32,000 nucleotides of DNA from the NCBI RefSeq assembly GCF_000020385.1, contig NC_010814.1, positions 150,001 through 182,000 on the forward strand, written 5' to 3'. The notes below the pieces were generated by a model. That model was not told the origin of the DNA, ran no database searches, and saw only the letters and a program-made list of their open reading frames with translations. Positions 1-8,932 of this stretch are shown here, piece after piece (the stretch's first letter is position 1; each line of letters begins with the position of its first letter). The position numbers and the translations under genes are program-made. This DNA is from Trichlorobacter lovleyi SZ (lineage in GTDB: Bacteria; Desulfobacterota; Desulfuromonadia; Geobacterales; Pseudopelobacteraceae).

Positions 1-1
1 C

Positions 2-133
2 AGCCGTGACACCTTTGATGAAAGCAAGTTTGCCTACAAGCCGTTCGCTGCCATCGAGAAGCATCTGCAGGAAACGGTAGAGATCAAGCAGATCCTGCAG
101 CCGGTCTACAACCTGAAGGCAGCCGGCGACTGA
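2..133 (+). CDS. 3' end of an unidentified CDS (partial, enters from left edge)
   Basis: Open frame from the window edge (…FAYKPFAAIEKHLQETVEIKQILQPVYNLKAAGD*) ending TGA 131-133. The stop overlaps the thpR ATG (TGATG). Product not recognised. Confidence 0.35.
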   Translation, partial: SRDTFDESKFAYKPFAAIEKHLQETVEIKQILQPVYNLKAAGD

Positions 134-687
134 TGCGACTGTTTGTGGCCATAGAGCTGCCTGAGGCCGTGCAACAGCAGTTGTCGCTCCTGCACGCAGA
201 ACTGACCGGGGTCCGCTGGGTGCGGCCGGAGCAGTTGCATCTGACGCTGGCCTTTCTGGGAGAGGTGGCCGAGGTACAGCTTGGTCAGCTCACCGAGGCA
301 TTGGGGCAGATTCGTTGTCAGCCGTTTACCCTGCAGTTTGGCCGCTTGGGCTGTTTTCCCGACCAGCGGCATCCACGGGTCTTCTGGATCGGGCTGGAGC
401 CCAATCCGGCCTTGCAACAGCTGGCCCAACAGGTACGGGCGGCGGTCAGGGCCTGCGGTATTACGCTGGAAGAACGTCTCTTCAGCCCCCATATTACCCT
501 GGCCCGCCTCAAGGAGGCCGATCCCCGGCAAGTAGCAGCGCTGTTGACGCAGCAGCCCGTTTTGCCGGAGGTGGCGGTCGATGCATTTCTGCTGGTTCAG
601 AGCAGCCTGTCAGCCCGGGGGGCGCAGCACCGGGTGCTGCGCAGGTTTGCTACTCCCCCGCACCCCACATGGCCCACTGCAGGTTGA
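133..687 (+). CDS. thpR: RNA 2',3'-cyclic phosphodiesterase (2H phosphoesterase, LigT/ThpR family)
   Basis: 184 aa with two HxTx motifs at the expected spacing (HLTLAFLG and HITLARL), the hallmark of the 2H/LigT fold. The last few codons run into a tolC-like relic, so the exact C-terminus is uncertain. Confidence 0.85.
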   Translation: MRLFVAIELPEAVQQQLSLLHAELTGVRWVRPEQLHLTLAFLGEVAEVQLGQLTEALGQIRCQPFTLQFGRLGCFPDQRHPRVFWIGLEPNPALQQLAQQVRAAVRACGITLEERLFSPHITLARLKEADPRQVAALLTQQPVLPEVAVDAFLLVQSSLSARGAQHRVLRRFATPPHPTWPTAG

Positions 688-733
688 GCCGGGCATCATC
701 TACCTCAAGCCGGGTCTTGACCCCGTATCGTTA
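648..733 (-). pseudogene. Relic of the 3' end of a TolC-family gene (paralog of the 3' end of 2331..3632)
   Basis: The minus strand reads YGVKTRLEVDDARLNLQWAMWGAGE*. It matches the C-terminus of the OMP gene (YGVKTRLEVDDAQTNLL…VNLLWAMGMAGEQEL*). At nucleotide level, 690-727 is near-identical to 2444-2481 and about 651-688 resembles about 2340-2377. Confidence 0.55.
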
Positions 734-806
734 GTCAAGCTACCCGGCTTATGGTAAATCGCCGCCGTGGTACTGCAACATGCAGAATGCCCGGCAAGAG
801 CGCTGT

Positions 807-1235
807 TTAGAGATGAAAATCACCGGCAGCTTCCGGTTGATACAGGACTTTCTTGATCTTCAGCTTCCTGACACCCCCCGGCACGCTCCAACTGATCCGG
901 TCGCCGGTGCGGTAACCGAACAGTGCGGTGCCGATCGGCGCCAGGATGGATATCTTGCCAAGGTTCAGATCAGCGTCTCCGGGAAAGACCAGGGTGTACT
1001 GCAGTTGTTCGCCCGAGTCGAGATCCTGCAGGCTTACCCTTGAATTCATGGTGACCACATCCGGTGGAACCCCTGTGGCATCAACAATCTCTGCCTTCAG
1101 CAGCTCCTGTTCAAGTTCCTCGATGTAACGACTGTCCCGTAATGAGCGGGTGACGCTGCTGTCAATCAGTTGCTCCAGGCGCTGCAGGTCAAAATCGGTG
1201 ATAAAAATCTGGCGTGGTACGATACTCTTTTTCAT
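807..1235 (-). CDS. rnk: Regulator of nucleoside diphosphate kinase (GreA/GreB-family C-terminal domain)
   Basis: 142 aa. It aligns by eye along its length to E. coli Rnk (…VVTMNSRV…, …APIGTALFGYRTGD…, C-terminal YQPEAAGDFHL versus YQPEAAGDYLL). Confidence 0.9.
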   Translation of the reverse strand: MKKSIVPRQIFITDFDLQRLEQLIDSSVTRSLRDSRYIEELEQELLKAEIVDATGVPPDVVTMNSRVSLQDLDSGEQLQYTLVFPGDADLNLGKISILAPIGTALFGYRTGDRISWSVPGGVRKLKIKKVLYQPEAAGDFHL

Positions 1236-1297
1236 GGTGATACCTTTCTGTCATAATTGCGGCATTGCTGGATGCCGGTTTGATAGTACAAGCCCTG

Positions 1298-2095
1298 TCA
1301 GGTCAGCAGGTTAAGCATCACCACTACCGGCAAGATGGCGCGGGCTCCTTCCACCACGCTGTCTCGCGGTTTTGGCGCCGTGACAACGTGTATGCCGGAA
1401 TGTTGTTCAAGGTAGCGGCTTAGTCCTGGGATCAGTGCCCCTCCTCCGGTGAGCAGGATGCCGTTTTCAATCACTTCACAGCCTGTTTCAGGCGAAAGAT
1501 CCTGCAAAAAATCGTCAATCAGCCCGGTAATGCTTTCCAGCACCGGCTGGAGCGAATGCCTGTCAGGGAGGCGGCCTGATTGCCGAAACGGTACGGGAGG
1601 CAGGCCGGTACGCATCTGGCCGCAGCCCACTCTGACGGCAGCGGTTGTCTGAATCCGGCTCATCTTGATCAAGGCGCAGTCGGTTACCCCTTCACCGATA
1701 TCCACCACCATCTGGGCATAGGGAGAAGAGACGTCGATGCCGGCCCCTACCGCGGCAGCCAGGGGCTCCGGTATGATCATGACCGACGATGCGCCGGCTT
1801 GCATGATCGCATCGTGGAGCCGTTGCCGCTCTTCCTGTGTGGCGTCGCTGGGGGCGCAGGCCAAGACACACGGTTTGACAATACCGAACAATCTGGTGCT
1901 GTCCAGGATCGGTCTGAGTATCTCGGCCACGGTTGCAGGGTCTACCACAACACCGCCACGCACCCCGGCCTTACTCCCCAGACAGGAGCAGTGCTCTATC
2001 AGCGGTCTAAGACCGGATGCTGCCCGGATGGTTGAGGTGCCGACATCCAAAGCCACCTGCTGACGCCAGTTAAGGAGAGGAAAACGGGTTTTCAT
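1298..2095 (-). CDS. Short actin-fold ATPase (MreB/EutJ-like, about 265 aa)
   Basis: Phosphate-1 motif ALDVGTSTIRAA, phosphate-2 VVDIGEGVTDCALI and adenosine motif LLTGGGALIPGL. I chose the start at MKTRFPLL (2095) because the longer ORF (to 2173) translates straight through a strong terminator hairpin. Confidence 0.7.
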   Translation of the reverse strand: MKTRFPLLNWRQQVALDVGTSTIRAASGLRPLIEHCSCLGSKAGVRGGVVVDPATVAEILRPILDSTRLFGIVKPCVLACAPSDATQEERQRLHDAIMQAGASSVMIIPEPLAAAVGAGIDVSSPYAQMVVDIGEGVTDCALIKMSRIQTTAAVRVGCGQMRTGLPPVPFRQSGRLPDRHSLQPVLESITGLIDDFLQDLSPETGCEVIENGILLTGGGALIPGLSRYLEQHSGIHVVTAPKPRDSVVEGARAILPVVVMLNLLT

Positions 2096-2110
2096 GGTTT
2101 CACCGAGCCC

Positions 2111-2144
2111 AATAAAAAACCCCCACTGGCTGTGCCGGTGGGGG
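2111..2144 (-). terminator. Rho-independent terminator ending the efflux/pabBC/OMP operon
   Basis: 10-bp GC-rich stem (CCCCCACTGG / CCGGTGGGGG, one G-U pair), 5-nt loop, followed on the minus strand by TTTTTTATT. Confidence 0.7.
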
Positions 2145-2330
2145 CTGAACGCGCAAAGGAGTACGATACGCAACTCTAGGCAGTCCCCTCCGTCATGCGT
2201 GCAGCCTGCTGCAGTACGATCTGCAGCAGTTCAATTTTTGAGGCGGTTGCGCGGTGCAGCATGGGGATGACCTTTCGGGTTGAATGCCTAAATATGTAGC
2301 ACAGAAGGGCTGCGGAGTCAAATCAGGAGC

Positions 2331-3632
2331 TCACAGCTCCTGCTCACCCGCCATCCCCATGGCCCAGAGCAGGTTGACTGAGGCTGCCAGATAATCCCGG
2401 TTGGCCCGGGCCAGGTTGCTCTGGGCCCGTAGCAGGTTGGTCTGGGCATCATCCACCTCAAGCCGGGTCTTGACCCCGTACTCGAACCCTTTCTCAGCCA
2501 TCTGCAGCAGCCGTTCCGCCTGTTTGACCGTGCCGGACAGGGCGGTGATGGTTTCAGCGGATTCGGCCAGGTTGTAGCGGGCGGTGCGCAGCTCCAGGGC
2601 AATGCTGTCCCGCAGCTTCTGCTCCTGCAGCTGGCTGGTACGCAGGTCACTGCGGGCCTGCTGGGTGCGTCCCCGGCTGCGCAGGCCGTCAAAGAACGGG
2701 AAGGTGAGGTAGATACCGGCATTCCAGGCCGGGCCATCCGATTGTCTGCGGGGGCCCGGATCAGAGACCTCAAGCTGGTGCCAGCCGGCTGTGCCTTTCA
2801 GATCCAGCCGCGGCTTGTCATCGGCATTGGCAATGGTGACCAGTTCCTGGTTGATGCCGATCCGCAGTTTTTGATCAGCCAGTTCAGGGCGCTTATCCAG
2901 GGCGATCTTGAGTGACTCGTCAAACCCCGGTATCTGCTCCGGTTTTGCCTCAATCCTGCCCGCCACATCCAGTTCCGGTTGGTCTGCCCCCAGCAGGAAA
3001 CGCAGCCGTTCCCGGCTGGTGCGGATGCTGTTCTCTGTGCGGATCAGTTCCGGCCGGGCGTTCTGCAGCTCCACCTCGGCTGCCAGCAGGTCATAGTCGG
3101 TGGCCACCCCGGCCTCAAATTTGCGTTTGGCCTCGGTATGGTGGCGTTCCTTCTGGGCCAGATTTTCCTGGGCCAGGCGGTGCAGCTCCTTGGCCAGCAG
3201 CACGTCATAAAAAGCGATGGAGACATCCCGGAAGGCGGCCTGACGGAACAGCCGCAACTGCTGGTCAGCGGTCTTGAGTCCCACCTCGGCCGCCCTGAGC
3301 GCCGCACCGATCTTGCCCCAGGTATAGAGTGGCTGGGACAGGGAGAGGTCCACGGTGCGGTTGGCCTGCATCTGGCTGGCACCGTAGAGTGCCTTGGTGC
3401 TGTCATCCTTGCTGTAGCCGAAACCGGCCTGCAGCCCCAGTTGCGGCAGGGCAGCTGCCCGTTCTTCAACATAACGGCCCTGGACATAGTTGGCGTATTC
3501 CCTGGCCTTCTGAATATCCAGATTCTTGTCGCCAGCGATCTTCAGGCAGTCTTCCAGGGTCAGCAACTGGGGCGCTGCCAGGGCCTGACCTGCAACCAGC
3601 AGCGTTATCAGTACAATCGCAATTCTTAGCAC
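2331..3632 (-). CDS. TolC-family outer-membrane efflux protein
   Basis: 433 aa. Signal peptide MLRIAIVLITLLVAGQALA, a two-repeat OEP-like sequence, and last gene of the RND operon. Its start overlaps the pabBC stop by 7 nt. Confidence 0.9.
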   Translation of the reverse strand: MLRIAIVLITLLVAGQALAAPQLLTLEDCLKIAGDKNLDIQKAREYANYVQGRYVEERAAALPQLGLQAGFGYSKDDSTKALYGASQMQANRTVDLSLSQPLYTWGKIGAALRAAEVGLKTADQQLRLFRQAAFRDVSIAFYDVLLAKELHRLAQENLAQKERHHTEAKRKFEAGVATDYDLLAAEVELQNARPELIRTENSIRTSRERLRFLLGADQPELDVAGRIEAKPEQIPGFDESLKIALDKRPELADQKLRIGINQELVTIANADDKPRLDLKGTAGWHQLEVSDPGPRRQSDGPAWNAGIYLTFPFFDGLRSRGRTQQARSDLRTSQLQEQKLRDSIALELRTARYNLAESAETITALSGTVKQAERLLQMAEKGFEYGVKTRLEVDDAQTNLLRAQSNLARANRDYLAASVNLLWAMGMAGEQEL

Positions 3633-5389
3633 GTTCTTGCTCCTTTAATCAGCTCTGCCCGCAGCCAGCCCCGTACGCTGTTGATCAGCCAGATCTCTTC
3701 AGCCCGCTGCAGATCCTGCGGGTATAACACCTGCTCTTCTATGGTTCCCTGTTCCAGCAGTTGCTGACGCATCACCCCCGGCAGCAGACCACTGGCCAGC
3801 GGCGGGGTTACCAGCCGACCATCCAGCTTCAGCACCAGATTGGTGAAACTACCCTCAGTCAGTTCACCCCGATTGTTGCAGAGCAACACCTCATCCGCCT
3901 CTGGCTGTTCCTGACGGGCCTGTTCGTAGCGCTGGCGTTGTTCGGTTTTGAGGTACAGCAGCAGGTCAGTTGGGTCTACAAATGTTGTGGCCAGAGCAAG
4001 CTTCAGCGGCTGCTGGATCTGTAGTAACAGGGCTGATTCAATCTGAAAGGTACTATCCTGTGCCAGCAGCAGCCGGGTCTTGTGCTGACCGGTTGTGCCG
4101 GCGGCATGGGCCAGCAACGCCTGTCTGATCTGTTCCCGGTCACAACAATAGCCCAGCCGGGCCGCAGACCAGCCGAGCCGTTCAAGGTGCTGCTCCAGGC
4201 GGGGATAGTTGCCGTCTTCCAACAGCAGTGATTCCAGCAGTCTGGGTTGCGGACGCGGTTTGAGAAAGGCGGCCTTGTGCAGGCATTCAACATACTCGGC
4301 ATCGGGTCGGGCATCCCAGGTAATCCCACTGCCCACCCCCAGGCTGATCCGGCCGGTCTGTTTGTTTAGCACCAAGGTGCGGATGGCAACTGAAAAGGCC
4401 ATTTCACCCCCGGGAGCCAGATAGCCGATGGTACCGCAGTAGATCCCGCGCGGTTGACCTTCGATTTCAGCAATCAACTCCATGCTGCGGCGCTTGGGAG
4501 CACCGGTGACCGACCCGCAGGGGAACAGGGCCCTGAACAGCTCCAGCAGGCCGATATCCTGCTTCAGTTGTGCGGTAATGGTGGAGGTCATCTGATGCAC
4601 CGTGGGATAGGTCTCTACCTCAAACAACCTCTCGGTCTGCACCGTGCCGGTCCGGGCCACCTGCCCCAGGTCGTTGCGCAGCAGGTCAACGATCATCAGG
4701 TTCTCGGCCTGCTCCTTCATATCCTGCTGCAGCTGTTCTTGCAGGGCCCGGTCTTCAGCAGGAAAGCGTCCGCGGGGGGCGGTCCCTTTCATCGGCCTGG
4801 TGGTGATCAGACCATCCTTGATATTGAAGAACAGCTCTGGTGAAGCAGAGATGATCGTGTGGCTGCCGATATCCAGAAAGGCGCCAAAGGCCGGTTGCTG
4901 GGCCAGTAACAGGCTGCGATAGAGCTGTCGCGGATCACCCTGCCACTGCCCCTGCAGTGGAAAGGTGTGGTTGATCTGATAGGTCTCACCCTGCTCAATC
5001 GCCGTGTGAATCCGGCTGATGGCAATCCCGTAGTCGGCCGGACTGCAGGCAGGCTGGAGTTCCGGTGTGGCAGTCGTATGGTCCGGCAGGCCATCCCCCG
5101 CTGTTACGCAATGGCGCTCCCTGAACAGGCTGAACCAGGCCAGCGGCAGGCCGGCGCGGGGTGGCAGCGACGGCAGGTGCGGGTTTAATGCCCGGGCGGC
5201 CTCATAGACCACAAATCCCACGGCATACAGCCCCTGCCGGGTGGCTGCCTCGGCCTGCTCAAGTACTGATTGCACCTGATCAGAGGTCTCGGCAATCAGG
5301 GTACGGATGTGGCCGTCAAAGCGCCAGGATGCGCTGAAACGGTCTGCGCTGCAGGAGTCCAGCAGTATGGTAGGGCAGGTGTCAGGCAT
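3626..5389 (-). CDS. pabB: Fused aminodeoxychorismate synthase component I / class-IV aminotransferase-fold lyase (PabB-PabC)
   Basis: 587 aa. The N-terminal chorismate-binding domain has the motifs SPELFF and CGSVTGAPK. The C-terminal roughly 200 aa resemble the aminotransferase class IV / ADC lyase fold. Confidence 0.85.
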   Translation of the reverse strand: MPDTCPTILLDSCSADRFSASWRFDGHIRTLIAETSDQVQSVLEQAEAATRQGLYAVGFVVYEAARALNPHLPSLPPRAGLPLAWFSLFRERHCVTAGDGLPDHTTATPELQPACSPADYGIAISRIHTAIEQGETYQINHTFPLQGQWQGDPRQLYRSLLLAQQPAFGAFLDIGSHTIISASPELFFNIKDGLITTRPMKGTAPRGRFPAEDRALQEQLQQDMKEQAENLMIVDLLRNDLGQVARTGTVQTERLFEVETYPTVHQMTSTITAQLKQDIGLLELFRALFPCGSVTGAPKRRSMELIAEIEGQPRGIYCGTIGYLAPGGEMAFSVAIRTLVLNKQTGRISLGVGSGITWDARPDAEYVECLHKAAFLKPRPQPRLLESLLLEDGNYPRLEQHLERLGWSAARLGYCCDREQIRQALLAHAAGTTGQHKTRLLLAQDSTFQIESALLLQIQQPLKLALATTFVDPTDLLLYLKTEQRQRYEQARQEQPEADEVLLCNNRGELTEGSFTNLVLKLDGRLVTPPLASGLLPGVMRQQLLEQGTIEEQVLYPQDLQRAEEIWLINSVRGWLRAELIKGARTC

Positions 5390-5834
5390 GTTTAATCCTG
5401 CGTCTTAGATCATCATAGACACCTTCAAGGTTGTGCATGATTTCGTGGTTGGTATAGCGAACAACCGTAAGGCCATAAGCTTCCAATTTTCTGGTACGCT
5501 CAGCATCATATTCAACAGCCTCTGCATGGCTGTCACCATCAATTTCAATTACGAGTTGCAAGTCAGAGCAGTAGAAATCGACGATATAGCCCCCGATCGG
5601 TTTTTGGCGGGTGAATTTGTAGTTAAAAAACTGCTTGTTGCGTAGAAGTTCCTGCCACATTTTCTGTTCAGCCACTGTCGGGTTCTTACGGTTATTCCGT
5701 GCAAGGCTAGTAAGCGTTGTCTTGTACTGCAGGAAACCCACCCCCCGCCCTCCCTTGTCAGGGAGGGGGCTAACAGCACATCCAATATGCTTCCCCCCTG
5801 ACAAGGGGGGATTGAGGGGGGTTGCTTTTTGCAT
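5382..5834 (-). CDS. DUF559 endonuclease-domain protein (Vsr-like fold)
   Basis: The C-terminal 110 aa (…NPTVAEQKMWQELL…FTRQKPIGGYIVDFYC…LVIEIDGDSH…) is typical DUF559. The ATG at 5834 overlaps the RND stop as TGATG, and the stop overlaps the pabB ATG. The N-terminal 40 aa are translated from two G/C hairpins, so an internal GTG at 5741 is an alternative start. Confidence 0.75.
   Translation of the reverse strand: MQKATPLNPPLSGGKHIGCAVSPLPDKGGRGVGFLQYKTTLTSLARNNRKNPTVAEQKMWQELLRNKQFFNYKFTRQKPIGGYIVDFYCSDLQLVIEIDGDSHAEAVEYDAERTRKLEAYGLTVVRYTNHEIMHNLEGVYDDLRRRIKHA
5748..5810. repeat. Pair of G/C hairpins with TTGTCA/TGACAA loops inside the 5' end of the DUF559 ORF
   Basis: CCCTCCC-TTGTCA-GGGAGGG (5748-5767) and CCCCCC-TGACAA-GGGGGG (5793-5810). 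The loops are reverse complements of each other. Confidence 0.5.
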
Positions 5835-8800
5835 CAGTGCTGTTCGCCTTTCCACTTCCGTTTCAACCAGTTACTGAAATCATCCAGATAGGTGTACATC
5901 ACCGGCACTACAATCAGGGTCAGCACGGATGAGGTGATCAGCCCCCCCACCACGGCGCGGGCCATCGGCGCCCGGCCTTCGCCACCGGCACCGATACCGA
6001 AGAAGAGCGGAAGCATGCCGAAGATCATGGCCAGGGTGGTCATGACGATCGGCCGCAACCGGGTGCGGCCCGCCTCGATCACCGCTGCGGTGCGCTCCAG
6101 CCCGTCCCGTTTTCGCAGCACCTTGGCATAGTCCACCAGCAGGATTGCGTTCTTGGTCACCAGCCCCATCAGCATGATCAGGCCGATCAGGGACATGATG
6201 TTGATGGTGTCGCCCGTGATCCGCAGCATGCCGGCCATACCCACGATGGAGAGCGGCAGGGAGAACATGATCGCCAGCGGTTCAAAGAACGACTCGAACT
6301 GGGCGGCCAGAATCAGGTAGACGAACAGCACCGCCAGGATCAGCGACTCTCCCATGTAGCCGAATGATTCGGCCATATCCTCGGCCTCGCCGGAAAAGCC
6401 GATGCTGTAGCCCGGCTCCATCTTGATCCGCTTGGCTACCGCTTCCACCTGTTTGACCGCGGTGCCGATCGGCAGGTTGTCCAGGTTGGCCGAGACCGTG
6501 ACCAGGCGGGAGAGGTCACGACGGTTGATCTCGGTGGGGGAGGAGGCCACGACCTCACTGGTGATACTGGCCAGCGGTACCAGCCGGGTGCTGCCGTCGG
6601 GATCGCTGACCGAGATCTTCAGTTCCCGCACCTGGGCCGGATGCTCCCGCAGCTGCCTGGGCAGGCGTACCCGCAGGTCAACCGCATCACCGTCCTCATC
6701 TTCATAGGAGGAGACCGCCTCCCCGCCGATCAGCCGTGAAAGGCTGTCCACAATGGCACTGGAGGAGACCCCGGCAGAGCGGGCCTTTTCCCGGTCCACC
6801 CGCAGCCGGTATTCCGGGGTGTCGTACTCCAGGGTGGCGGAGATATCCACGACACCGGGAATGCTGTACATCTCCTGCTTGAGCTGGGCTGCGTACTTCT
6901 TGAGCAGGGCCGTATCATCCCCCTTGATGTTGACGTTGAGCGGTTTGGCAGCCGAGCCGATCGCCCCCACCTCTTCAAGCGAGAAGTTGATCCCGGCAAT
7001 GCTGCGGAACCGCTCCCGAATGACCTGTTGAATCTCAAACATGCCCCGGGTACGTTCCGATTTCTCCTTGAGTTTGACGTACAGCAGGCCGTCCCGCACC
7101 GTGCCGTTGTCGCCGGCGCCGATGGTGGCGTAGGTGTGGCTGATCTCTTTGATATCCTTGATCAGGGCCAGCAACTGATGCAGGCGGCCTTCGCTCTCCT
7201 TGATGCTGGCATCCGGCGCGGTCTGGAAGGAGATCTGGAATTCGCTGGTATCCTCTTTGGACATGAAGGATGACTCCAGGGTTGCCATCACTACCAGGCC
7301 CAGTACAAAGGCGATTCCGGCCGAGATCACCACCTTGAGCCGATGCTGCAGGGCCCAGGCAATTATGCCGCGGTACCTGTCGGCGCTGCGGTCAAACCAG
7401 TCGTTGAACCGCTCCAGCCAGCGGGCCAGCCCTTTGCGGTTGCCCCGGTTGTGGATCGAGGGGTCGTGCCAGCGGGAAGAGAGCATCGGGTCCAGGGTAA
7501 AGGAGACAAACAGCGAGACCAGCACCGCAAAGGAGACCGTGATGCCGAACGGGAAGAAGAAGCGCCCCACGATCCCCCGCATGTAGGCCACCGGTACAAA
7601 GACCGCCAGGATCGACATGGTGGTGGCAAAGACCGCCAGGCCGATCTCGGCCGTGCCGAAGCGGGAGGCCTCCATATGGTCCTTGCCCAGCTCCAGGTGG
7701 CGCACGATGTTCTCCCGCACCACAATGGCGTCGTCGATCAGCAGGCCGATGGCCAGTGACAGCGCCATCAGGGTCATCACGTTGAGGGTCATACCCATGG
7801 CGTTCATCACGATAAAGGAGGAAATGACCGAGATCGGCAGGGTCACACCGGTGATTACGGTGGAACGCCAGGAGTTGATGAACATGAACACGATCAGTAC
7901 GGTCAGGATGCCGCCCACCAGCAGGGTCTCCTCCACATCGGCCAGTGACTGGCGGGTCATGATCGAGCCGTCCCGCACCAGCGAGATGGTCACCCCGGGC
8001 GGCATTTCTGCCTTAACCTTTTGCATCACCTTTTTGACGTTATCCACCACCTGGACCTGGTTGGCGCCGGACTGTTTGTAGATATCCAGACCAATGGCAG
8101 GCTGGCCGTTGACCAGGGCCAGCTTGCGGCGTTCCTCGACCCCGTCGGTGACCCTGGCCACCTCCCCCAGGCTGATCGGCCGGTTGTTGCGGGCGGCAAT
8201 CACCATGCTGCTGTAGCTGTCAGCCTGTTCAGGCTTGCCCTCGATCCGCAGCGGGTATTCGGCCGTTGACTTGGTGATCTTGCCCAGCGGAGTGTTGATG
8301 TTCTCCCCCTTCAGGCCGTTGACCAGGTCATTGACCCCCAGCCCCAGGCTGTCCAGCCGGACCGGGTCCACCTCGACATTCACCTCGCGCTTGGCGCCCC
8401 CTACCAGTTCCACCTTGCCCACACCGGTAACACTTTCAAACCGTTTGCGGATCTTCTTGTCCACCAGGGTGGTCAGGTCGCGCTGGGAGAGGCTGCTGGA
8501 CTGGATTGCCACCGCTGCCGACGGCATGGCATTGAAATCCAGCTTCTGGATGATCGGCTCTTCCACCTCTTTGGGCAGCTGGCCGCGGATCGAGCTGATC
8601 TTGGCCCTGGCCTCCTGGGCCACCTCGTTGGTCCGCTCTTCCAGCCGGAATTCAGCCACCACCGTGGAGACCGACTCGCGGGAATAGGAGGTGACATGCT
8701 TGATCCCGGCGATCTGGTTGACCGCCTCCTCCACCCGTTTGGAGACCTCGCGCTCCACGGTTTCAGGCGAGGCGCCGGGGTACTTGGTGACAATCGAGAT

Positions 8801-8932
8801 CACCGGCATCTCAACATTGGGGTACATCTCCACTGAAAGCCGCTTGTAGGAGAAGAAACCCAGGGCAACCAGGGCCAGCATCATCACCGTGGCAAAGATC
8901 GGCCGTTTGATGGACAGGTCTGAGAGGATCAC
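5834..8932 (-). CDS. RND efflux transporter permease (AcrB/HAE1-type)
   Basis: 1032 aa. 12-TM/two-large-loop RND architecture with a typical N-terminus, MILSDLSIKRPIFATVMMLALV…. Start overlaps the adaptor stop by 4 nt. Confidence 0.95.
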   Translation of the reverse strand: MILSDLSIKRPIFATVMMLALVALGFFSYKRLSVEMYPNVEMPVISIVTKYPGASPETVEREVSKRVEEAVNQIAGIKHVTSYSRESVSTVVAEFRLEERTNEVAQEARAKISSIRGQLPKEVEEPIIQKLDFNAMPSAAVAIQSSSLSQRDLTTLVDKKIRKRFESVTGVGKVELVGGAKREVNVEVDPVRLDSLGLGVNDLVNGLKGENINTPLGKITKSTAEYPLRIEGKPEQADSYSSMVIAARNNRPISLGEVARVTDGVEERRKLALVNGQPAIGLDIYKQSGANQVQVVDNVKKVMQKVKAEMPPGVTISLVRDGSIMTRQSLADVEETLLVGGILTVLIVFMFINSWRSTVITGVTLPISVISSFIVMNAMGMTLNVMTLMALSLAIGLLIDDAIVVRENIVRHLELGKDHMEASRFGTAEIGLAVFATTMSILAVFVPVAYMRGIVGRFFFPFGITVSFAVLVSLFVSFTLDPMLSSRWHDPSIHNRGNRKGLARWLERFNDWFDRSADRYRGIIAWALQHRLKVVISAGIAFVLGLVVMATLESSFMSKEDTSEFQISFQTAPDASIKESEGRLHQLLALIKDIKEISHTYATIGAGDNGTVRDGLLYVKLKEKSERTRGMFEIQQVIRERFRSIAGINFSLEEVGAIGSAAKPLNVNIKGDDTALLKKYAAQLKQEMYSIPGVVDISATLEYDTPEYRLRVDREKARSAGVSSSAIVDSLSRLIGGEAVSSYEDEDGDAVDLRVRLPRQLREHPAQVRELKISVSDPDGSTRLVPLASITSEVVASSPTEINRRDLSRLVTVSANLDNLPIGTAVKQVEAVAKRIKMEPGYSIGFSGEAEDMAESFGYMGESLILAVLFVYLILAAQFESFFEPLAIMFSLPLSIVGMAGMLRITGDTINIMSLIGLIMLMGLVTKNAILLVDYAKVLRKRDGLERTAAVIEAGRTRLRPIVMTTLAMIFGMLPLFFGIGAGGEGRAPMARAVVGGLITSSVLTLIVVPVMYTYLDDFSNWLKRKWKGEQH

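Noticed and set aside
106-734. Several overlapping ORFs on both strands across thpR (106..531 -, 281..535 +, 315..734 +, 318..512 -).
   Set aside because: They are Pro/Arg/Gly/Ala-rich shadow frames typical of high-GC DNA. They have no motifs, and all overlap a gene with clear 2H-phosphoesterase motifs.
1298-2173. Long form of the MreB-like ORF starting at 2173.
   Set aside because: The extra 26 codons are the translation of a 10-bp-stem terminator hairpin and its T-tract. MKTRF at 2095 is the better start.
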